Shown: one piece after another, positions 57,153-64,000 of the stretch
Layout: every line of letters starts with the position of its first letter
Position numbering within the stretch: position 1 is the first letter of the stretch
Assembly (NCBI GenBank): GCA_016217925.1
Contig: JACRFK010000004.1
Coordinates: forward strand, 133,869-197,868
Reading direction: 5' to 3'
DNA from: Candidatus Kaiserbacteria bacterium
GTDB lineage: Bacteria > Patescibacteriota > Minisyncoccia > Phycocordibacterales > UBA2100
DNA length: 64,000 bases
The notes under the pieces: generated by a model
What the model was told of the DNA's origin: nothing
Seen by the model: only the letters and a program-made list of their open reading frames with translations
The model's database searches: none
Made by a program: the position numbers and the translations under genes

Positions 57153-57773
57153 ATGGGCTTGGATACTATTTTTCTCGTCGCCGTTATCATGTTCTCCGCG
57201 ATCATCCATGAGGTGATGCACGGTGTCGCGGCCGACAAGCTCGGAGATCCGACGGCGCGCTATGCGGGGAGGCTCACGCTCAACCCCATTCCGCACCTTG
57301 ATATGTTCGGCTCTATCATCTTGCCGCTCGTGCTCGCGCTTTCGCAGTCACCGTTCTTCTTCGGCTGGGCAAAGCCGGTGCCGTACAACCCGTACAACCT
57401 TCGTCCCGGCCGTTTCTCAGAAGCCATCGTCGCCGGTGCCGGGCCTGCATCCAATCTCGTCATCGCTCTCATCGGGGGCCTCATCATTCGCTCGGGGCTT
57501 CTCTCTGCGGGGAACGACATCGTATTTCTCATCGTTGTCGTCAACGTCATGCTCTGCTTCTTCAACCTCATTCCCGTGCCGCCGCTCGACGGCTCGAAGG
57601 TACTCGCGGCGCTTTTGCCCAGGCCCTTGTCGCATGGCTACGAGGGGTGGCGGACGCGCATGGAGATGAACCCGTTCATTGGCATAGGCGTCGTTCTACT
57701 AATCGTATTCCTGCTCGGAGGGGCATTCAGCACCTTTATCTATTCAATTGCGCAGGCCATTGCGGGGGTATAA
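57153..57773 (+). CDS. site-2 protease (M50) family
   Basis: HEVMH, GRLTLNP, AGPASN, FNLIPVPPLDG. Confidence 0.92.
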   Translation: MGLDTIFLVAVIMFSAIIHEVMHGVAADKLGDPTARYAGRLTLNPIPHLDMFGSIILPLVLALSQSPFFFGWAKPVPYNPYNLRPGRFSEAIVAGAGPASNLVIALIGGLIIRSGLLSAGNDIVFLIVVVNVMLCFFNLIPVPPLDGSKVLAALLPRPLSHGYEGWRTRMEMNPFIGIGVVLLIVFLLGGAFSTFIYSIAQAIAGV

Positions 57774-57780
57774 TACCGCT

Positions 57781-58287
57781 ATGAGTGAAATAGATAACGA
57801 GAAGAACTTCACCAGGCGAGGGCTGTTTGCAGCGGGTGCCGCGGGCGTTGCTGCGGGCGTTCTCGGTACAAGAGCAGTTGACGCCGTGCAAAACGCAACG
57901 TCGGGGTCAACCATCCAAGAGATTCCGCAAGCGATAGGCTCGCGCGAGGAGATCGAAGGTGAGTGGATAAACGAGAAGGTCTTCATGCAGAAAGGTGTGC
58001 GGGAATTGATCGCAGCGCAACCCGAACGGATACGTTTTAATGAAGCGACAGGAGAGATACACCTCAAGGGTGATGATGGATACGAATTCGAACTGCTCCC
58101 CAAGAGTGAACTTAAGCAAGTGCGTGTCACCATGCCCGATTCCTCGACAGTTGAGTTTGCGCATGTAGACAGGAAAGGGGATGCTGAAACGGTGAGTATT
58201 CGCAGGATTTTTGATGGTACGTTCACATCGGAATCGGGCGGTTGGATGAATCGTTTTGAAGACGAAACTCTCCAAGAGAAGACTTAA
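57781..58287 (+). CDS. hypothetical protein with twin-arginine-like N-terminus
   Basis: FTRRGLF followed by hydrophobic stretch; TATAAT upstream. Confidence 0.6.
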   Translation: MSEIDNEKNFTRRGLFAAGAAGVAAGVLGTRAVDAVQNATSGSTIQEIPQAIGSREEIEGEWINEKVFMQKGVRELIAAQPERIRFNEATGEIHLKGDDGYEFELLPKSELKQVRVTMPDSSTVEFAHVDRKGDAETVSIRRIFDGTFTSESGGWMNRFEDETLQEKT

Positions 58288-58469
58288 GACAAAGAGCCGC
58301 CGCCCAGTTTTCTTTCTCGAGCCATCCCTAGTACACCCCGTGAGATAAGCTAACGCGTGTTATGACGTACGTTTGAAAATACAGAATCTTTTTGAGTGCC
58401 CACAAAAACTGGACTTTTTTATCTCATGGGGTACACTCCTCGGACTCCCTTCGGGGATTTTTAATTGTC

Positions 58470-58886
58470 ATGTCGACCATAAATCAACTTACGCGTAAGG
58501 GCCGGGCAAAAAAGACCTGGCGCACGAAGACCATCGCGCTTTCGCGCGGTTTCAACACGCTCGAAAATCGCCCTTCTTTCTACTCCGCACCCTTCAAACG
58601 CGGTGTTTGCACCCGTGTGACGACTAAGACTCCCCGCAAACCGAACTCCGCTATCCGCAAAATCGCGCGCGTACGCCTCACCAACGGTATGGAAGTCACG
58701 GCCTACATTCCGGGCGAGGGCCACACTCTGCAAGAACACTCGGTCGTTCTTATCCGCGGTGGACGCGTGAAAGACATCGGTGTGCGCTACACGATAGTGC
58801 GCGGCAAATTAGATGCGACAGGCGTCGAGAAGCGTCGTCGCGGCCGCTCTAACTATGGTGCCAAGAAGCCCAAGGCTAGTAAATAG
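58470..58886 (+). CDS. rpsL: 30S ribosomal protein S12
   Basis: [33 protein letters not shown]. Confidence 0.97.
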   Translation: MSTINQLTRKGRAKKTWRTKTIALSRGFNTLENRPSFYSAPFKRGVCTRVTTKTPRKPNSAIRKIARVRLTNGMEVTAYIPGEGHTLQEHSVVLIRGGRVKDIGVRYTIVRGKLDATGVEKRRRGRSNYGAKKPKASK

Positions 58887-58968
58887 CCACTAGGGACTAG
58901 CCACTAGAAAATACATTCAAATTCAGAATTCACTAATCACTAACCACTATTGGCTAACTACTATTCCC

Positions 58969-59430
58969 ATGCGACGCCCCACAAAAAACAGAAAACAGCC
59001 GCAGCCGGACGAAGTGTACGGTTCGTTCAAAGTCGCGAAGCTCATCAACTACGTAATGGAACGCGGCAAGAAAGACACCGCCCGCAAAATCGTATACAAG
59101 GTGATGGAAGAATTGAAGAAAGAAGGCGATCCCGTAACTGTTCTTGAAGATGCGCTTGAGAAGGCCTCGCCATCGGTAGAGGTGCGCTCTCGCCGCGTCG
59201 GCGGTGCCAACTATCAGGTACCTCGCGAGGTGAATCCCGCCCGCAGAATGGCGCTCGGTATGCGCTGGATAGTGGAGGCCGCCGAAGGCACTAAGGGCAA
59301 GCCGATGAACGAATCTCTTCTCGCCGAAATCCTCGCCGCACACAAAGGAGAAGGCGCCGCCGTCACCAAAAAAGAGACGACGCACCGCATGGCCGAGGCC
59401 AACAAAGCCTTCGCCCACTTCGCTTGGTAA
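58969..59430 (+). CDS. rpsG: 30S ribosomal protein S7
   Basis: EVRSRRVGGANYQVP, HRMAEANKAFAHF. Confidence 0.97.
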   Translation: MRRPTKNRKQPQPDEVYGSFKVAKLINYVMERGKKDTARKIVYKVMEELKKEGDPVTVLEDALEKASPSVEVRSRRVGGANYQVPREVNPARRMALGMRWIVEAAEGTKGKPMNESLLAEILAAHKGEGAAVTKKETTHRMAEANKAFAHFAW

Positions 59431-59436
59431 TTTTCC

Positions 59437-59946
59437 ATGCATGTTACGCGTGAGGATGCGCAGATTCTCGCCGGCAAACTGAAAGAGGCAAGTCCTCATA
59501 TTCACCATATTGAATTGTTTGGAAGCGTGCTGCGGAATGGTTTGGGGAATGATGCCGACCTTGTTCTCATCGTCGACGAAGGCATTGCACGACGGTGGTG
59601 GAATGAGATGGGGGACGAGCTGCGTGTCCGTATGGGTACGCGCTGGCTTCCTCTCAGGCGATTCATAAAAACGTACCTCACGTGGCTCGACACGATGAGC
59701 ATTCGGGGGAGGAAACATCGCCGCATCGCACGCGCGTCGGAATTACTCGGCGTCAACATCGAGAAATTGGTCACTGAGTACAAGCCCGGCGCGATGGTCG
59801 ATATCTTCCTTTTCCCTGAAACGTGGCGTACCGAAAAAACACCAAATATGTCGGTTCTATGCTCGCTTGCCGGCGTCATCCGGGACCACAAGGAAACTCG
59901 GCTTTTTTTGGAACGTACCGCGCACAGTGCTATTCGGCTCAATTAA
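59437..59946 (+). CDS. Pol-beta-like nucleotidyltransferase domain protein
   Basis: ELFGSV...DADLVL and later VDIF. Confidence 0.65.
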   Translation: MHVTREDAQILAGKLKEASPHIHHIELFGSVLRNGLGNDADLVLIVDEGIARRWWNEMGDELRVRMGTRWLPLRRFIKTYLTWLDTMSIRGRKHRRIARASELLGVNIEKLVTEYKPGAMVDIFLFPETWRTEKTPNMSVLCSLAGVIRDHKETRLFLERTAHSAIRLN

Positions 59947-60013
59947 TCTTGCATTTCTTCGAATTTCCGTTACATTACTGAGACGCGCACAGCGCGTTTT
60001 TGTTTAAATCACT

Positions 60014-60118
60014 ATGGCACGGGATTACCCACTCGAAAAAGTCCGCAACCCCGCAGGAAAGCGCTATGCACTTCCGACGGGGCATGCTTCGGTAGCTAAC
60101 TTCGCATTAAATATATGA
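60014..60118 (+). CDS. 34-aa upstream ORF repeating the EF-G N-terminus, coupled by ATGA
   Basis: [23 protein letters not shown]...NI*; TGA overlaps fusA ATG. Confidence 0.6.
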   Translation: MARDYPLEKVRNPAGKRYALPTGHASVANFALNI

Positions 60119-62256
60119 GTAGAGATTACCCGTTAGAGAAGGTGAGAAATTTTGGGATAGTAGCGCACGTGGATGCTGGCAAGACGACCACATCCGAGCG
60201 TATTTTGTATTACACGGGCGAGAGCCACAAAATCGGCGAAGTACACGAGGGCAACACGGTGACCGACTGGATGGAACAGGAGCGCGAGCGCGGCATCACC
60301 ATCACCGCCGCCGCCATTACTTGTTTCTGGAATCCTTCGTACATGGGCACCGACCTCTCGGCGAAAGTGCGCTTCAACATTATTGATACCCCCGGACACA
60401 TCGACTTCACTTCCGAAGTGAAGCGTTCCATGCGTGTGCTCGATGGCGCGGTCGTCGTCTTCGACGGCGTCGCCGGTGTCGAGCCGCAATCGGAGACCAA
60501 TTGGCGCTATGCCGAAGAAGCCAACGTGCCGCGCATCTGCTACATCAACAAACTCGACCGCACGGGCGCGTCATTCGAAAAGTCATACGCCTCTATTCTC
60601 GACCGCCTTTCCACGAAAGCCGTGCGATTCCAAATCCCCATCGGACTCGAAGAAAAATTCGAGGGCATCATTGATTTGCTTTCCATGAAGGCGTATCACT
60701 TCGAAGGCGAAATGGGAAAGAACGTCGTCGCCGGAGACATCCCCGCAAACATGATGGACGAGGCCAAGAAATATCGTCACGAACTCGTCGAACGCATCGT
60801 TGAAAATGACGATGCGGTCATGGCGGACTTCTTGGACGGCAAAGAAATTCCGCTCGACGTCCTGAAGTCGACGCTCCGCAAGGGCGTTATCGCGAATAAG
60901 ATTTTTCCCGTACTCACGGGCAGCTCTCTCAAGAACAAAGGCGTGCAGCTCGTCCTCGACGCGGTTGTCGATTATCTCCCGTCACCGAAAGACATGCCGG
61001 AATCAAAAGGAGTCAACACAGATACAGGCGCGGAGGAAACGCGTCCCGCATCCGATGAAGCACCATTTGCTGCGCTCGTTTTCAAAATTCAGACAGACCC
61101 GTTCGTCGGACAGCTCTCGTTCTTCCGCGTCTATTCGGGTACCTTTACCGCGGGCGACACAGTCTACAATTCCGCCAACAATAAGAAAGAGCGCGTCGGA
61201 CGCATCGTGCGCTTGCAGGCGGATAAGCGCGAGGACGTGAAAGAGGTCTACGCAGGCGAAATCGCCGCCGCGGTCGGCATGAAAGAAGTGAAAATCGGAC
61301 ACACACTCTGTGATGTAGCGCACCCCATCGCGCTCGAATCCATCGTCTTCCCGGAGCCCGTCGTCTCGATGCGCATTGAGCCCAACACAAAAGCCGACCA
61401 GGAAAAAATGGGTATGGCGCTTTCAAAGCTTTCTGACGAAGACCCGACCTTCCGCATCAAGTCGGACCCCGAGACGATGGAAACTATCGTATCGGGAATG
61501 GGTGAGCTCCACTTGGAAATTATCGTCGACCGCATGAAGCGCGAATTCGGCGTGCAGGCGACGACCGGCAAGCCGCAAGTCGCATACCGCGAGACCATTC
61601 AGGGTACAGCGGATGTTGAATACAAACACATCAAGCAGACGGGCGGTCGCGGTCAGTATGGCCATGTGAAAATCCGCGTGAAGCCGCTTGAGCCGGTAGA
61701 AGAAGGCAAGAAGGTCAAGAACAATGTAGAGCGCGACGACCATTTCGAGTTCATCAACAACATCAAAGGAGGCGTCATCCCGCAGGAATACATCCAGCCG
61801 GTGAAGAAGGGTCTCATCGAGGCGATGGAGCGCGGCATTCAAGCAGGATTCCCCGTTGTCGATATTTCCGTCGAGCTCTACGACGGCTCGTACCACGATG
61901 TGGACTCATCCGAAATTGCGTTCAAGCTCGCCGCCATCAACGCAATGCAGGAGGCGATGCAGAAGGCGAAGCCCGTCATCCTCGAACCGATAATGAAATT
62001 GGAGGTCGTCGTCCCGGAGAAATTCATGGGCGACGTGACGGGTATGATAAACAGCAAACGTGGCGCCATCGAGGCGATGGGCGAGCGCGGTCAGGCGCGC
62101 GTCATCACCGCGAAAGTTCCGCTTTCAGAGCTTTTCGGCTTTACCACTCAGCTCCGAAGTTTGACGGAGGGAAGAGGAGTACCGAACTTGGAGTTCTCGC
62201 ACTACGCAGTCGTACCGAAGACCGCAGCAGACGCTGTCATCGCAAGCAGGAAGTAA
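60115..62256 (+). CDS. fusA: elongation factor G
   Basis: [42 protein letters not shown]. Confidence 0.98.
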   Translation: MSRDYPLEKVRNFGIVAHVDAGKTTTSERILYYTGESHKIGEVHEGNTVTDWMEQERERGITITAAAITCFWNPSYMGTDLSAKVRFNIIDTPGHIDFTSEVKRSMRVLDGAVVVFDGVAGVEPQSETNWRYAEEANVPRICYINKLDRTGASFEKSYASILDRLSTKAVRFQIPIGLEEKFEGIIDLLSMKAYHFEGEMGKNVVAGDIPANMMDEAKKYRHELVERIVENDDAVMADFLDGKEIPLDVLKSTLRKGVIANKIFPVLTGSSLKNKGVQLVLDAVVDYLPSPKDMPESKGVNTDTGAEETRPASDEAPFAALVFKIQTDPFVGQLSFFRVYSGTFTAGDTVYNSANNKKERVGRIVRLQADKREDVKEVYAGEIAAAVGMKEVKIGHTLCDVAHPIALESIVFPEPVVSMRIEPNTKADQEKMGMALSKLSDEDPTFRIKSDPETMETIVSGMGELHLEIIVDRMKREFGVQATTGKPQVAYRETIQGTADVEYKHIKQTGGRGQYGHVKIRVKPLEPVEEGKKVKNNVERDDHFEFINNIKGGVIPQEYIQPVKKGLIEAMERGIQAGFPVVDISVELYDGSYHDVDSSEIAFKLAAINAMQEAMQKAKPVILEPIMKLEVVVPEKFMGDVTGMINSKRGAIEAMGERGQARVITAKVPLSELFGFTTQLRSLTEGRGVPNLEFSHYAVVPKTAADAVIASRK

Positions 62257-62356
62257 CCGCCCATTTTCTTAACAAAACCCGACATGTGCACACGCCGCGT
62301 TTTGTGCATCGGTAGGGGTGTAAGATATAGGTATTACCACTAGGGGCTAATTCTCT

Positions 62357-64000
62357 ATGCTTAAAAAAATCGCGTTCACTGCAGCCGGCATCGCGTTACT
62401 CGCTTCTCCCCTCATCACGTCGGCCGACACGCTCTCCGACGTGCAAGAAAAGATCGCAGCGCTTCTTCGACAAGTCGCGCAACTCCAAGATCAACTAAGG
62501 TCGCTCAAAAGGGCGGATCCGATACCATTTGCCCGCCCCTGCCCGCAAATCCTCCGTACGCTCGACCAGGGAATCTCTGGTTCTGATGTAAAAGAATTGC
62601 AAGCGTACCTCGGCGTCTCGGAGACGGGCTACTTTGGGCCCATGACCGCCCGTGCGGTTGCCGCATTCCAAGCCGAAGAAGGACTCACGCAGGCCGGCAT
62701 CGTTGGCCCCATGACACGCGCTGCCTTCGCGCGCCGCTGCGGATGGGGCAACCGGACGTTCACCGCCTCGCCGACTTCCGGCGCGGCACCGCTTACGGTT
62801 ACATTCTCGGCGCGTGGCGGAAAGGATGCTCCTATCGACTTCGGTGACGGCTCAACGGGAACGATGACTGTGACGGGTCCGATGATGGGGTGCCCGAACG
62901 ATCAGACAGATCAGAATAATTCCGCGTGCGGCACATACGGACTTTCGGCGACGCACATCTACGCGACGGCCGGCACGTATACGGCAAAACTTAGAAAGAT
63001 TGTTGGGGTCAAGGAACTGTTCGGAGGGGGAGATCCAAATATCTACGAAGTCGTCAGCACCGTGACGATCCGGGTCGGCGGAACGGATACGTGGCCGGAG
63101 TTCTCGGTCTCGCCGACATCCGGCGTCGTCCCCCTTACTGTTACGGCAACGTTTTCACTCGGCTCGTCGTGCTCGCCGTTTACCCTCACATGGGGGGACG
63201 GTTCGAATAGCAACTATGCCGGCCCGCCGGCCGGCATGACGTGTGCGGCCGTAGTCGTATCCGGGGTTCAAAAATCGCACACCTATACAGCAGCCGGCAC
63301 ATACACCGTTACGTATCAGACGGGAGGTTCTACAGCAAAAACCGCGACGGTTACCGTCGGTCCTCGAACGGCATGTCCGGGTGCCGGATGTCCAGACCTT
63401 CCCCCAAACACACCGGGAGCTCCGGTCGTAAACGGTATTGACGGTCCGGCATCGCTCGGGGCAGGTGCGACGGGCCTATGGACCGTACGCGCGTCCGTAC
63501 CGAACAACACGAATACACAGCTTCGATACTCAGTCATCTGGGGCGACGAAGGTGTCCTCGACCAGATACGAGCATTCGGTAACGCCGCCGCGGGCGTGCT
63601 CCAGACGACAGGCACGTTCACACATGCATACGCGCGGGCGGGTACGTTCCGTCCGACATTTACAGTCTCCAACACCTTCGGCAGCGTGCAGACGGGCATG
63701 AGCGTCGTTGTTGGAGGCGATGGCGATGGCATCTGCGAACATGCAGCACCTCCCGCAGGATGCTACTGGAAGAGTGGGAATACGTGCAGTCTGGATACGC
63801 TGGTATGCGACGGCGACAACTCAACATTCTCTGCCTCGCCGACTTCAGGCGCGGCACCCCTCACCGTTATTTTCCGGTCAAGCATTGTCAACGGACTGGA
63901 AGCGTACTCGATTAATTTCGGTGACGGGGCAAGCGGCACATTCCAGAATAACTGTGCGTTCGGACTCGGCGGCTGCGGCATGCCAACCGCCATGCACACC
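62357..64000 (+). CDS. secreted peptidoglycan-binding plus PKD-repeat surface protein (runs off window end; absent from ORF track)
   Basis: Hand translation MLKKIAFTAAGIALLASP.., GSDVKELQ..TGYFGPMT..VAAFQ, repeated FTASPTSGAAPLTVTF / DFGDG / HTY units. Confidence 0.85.
   Translation, partial: MLKKIAFTAAGIALLASPLITSADTLSDVQEKIAALLRQVAQLQDQLRSLKRADPIPFARPCPQILRTLDQGISGSDVKELQAYLGVSETGYFGPMTARAVAAFQAEEGLTQAGIVGPMTRAAFARRCGWGNRTFTASPTSGAAPLTVTFSARGGKDAPIDFGDGSTGTMTVTGPMMGCPNDQTDQNNSACGTYGLSATHIYATAGTYTAKLRKIVGVKELFGGGDPNIYEVVSTVTIRVGGTDTWPEFSVSPTSGVVPLTVTATFSLGSSCSPFTLTWGDGSNSNYAGPPAGMTCAAVVVSGVQKSHTYTAAGTYTVTYQTGGSTAKTATVTVGPRTACPGAGCPDLPPNTPGAPVVNGIDGPASLGAGATGLWTVRASVPNNTNTQLRYSVIWGDEGVLDQIRAFGNAAAGVLQTTGTFTHAYARAGTFRPTFTVSNTFGSVQTGMSVVVGGDGDGICEHAAPPAGCYWKSGNTCSLDTLVCDGDNSTFSASPTSGAAPLTVIFRSSIVNGLEAYSINFGDGASGTFQNNCAFGLGGCGMPTAMHT

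Noticed and set aside
63241-63999. Short ORFs listed at the window end
   Set aside because: They overlap the continuous plus-strand PKD surface-protein frame starting at 62357

Overview
Bacterial chromosomal segment. The gene set and style suggest Patescibacteria/CPR, probably Parcubacteria (inference): type IV pilus plus split ComEC, four TrmB-like regulators, trigger factor without its PPIase domain, short intergenic regions, and many apparently leaderless genes. Housekeeping genes include rpsO, rarA, xth, cca, hup, rny, clpP, tig, ppa, nusA, tpiA, pgk, recJ, rnhA, sod, rpmB and rpsL-rpsG-fusA. There are four tRNAs, a liv ABC operon, metA, and a candidate oriC with DnaA boxes and parS-like sites. 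Most notable: (1) four core genes (xer, tpiA, pgk, fusA) are each preceded by a short hairpin-containing upstream ORF whose stop overlaps the real start (ATGA); in xer and fusA the uORF repeats the gene's own N-terminus in different codons. (2) Related palindromic mini-elements sit in-frame in RarA, RecJ and ComEC, and two further mini-elements duplicate tRNA 3' ends. (3) A LAGLIDADG intein interrupts the catalytic HxxRH motif of a Xer recombinase. (4) An accessory operon has two boxA-like + long-hairpin leaders and a homolog of eukaryotic PHPT1. (5) Cross-complementary heptamer arrays bracket two pilin genes. (6) A GTP cyclohydrolase II-like protein has Met at the Tyr105 position. All alignments and counts were made by eye.
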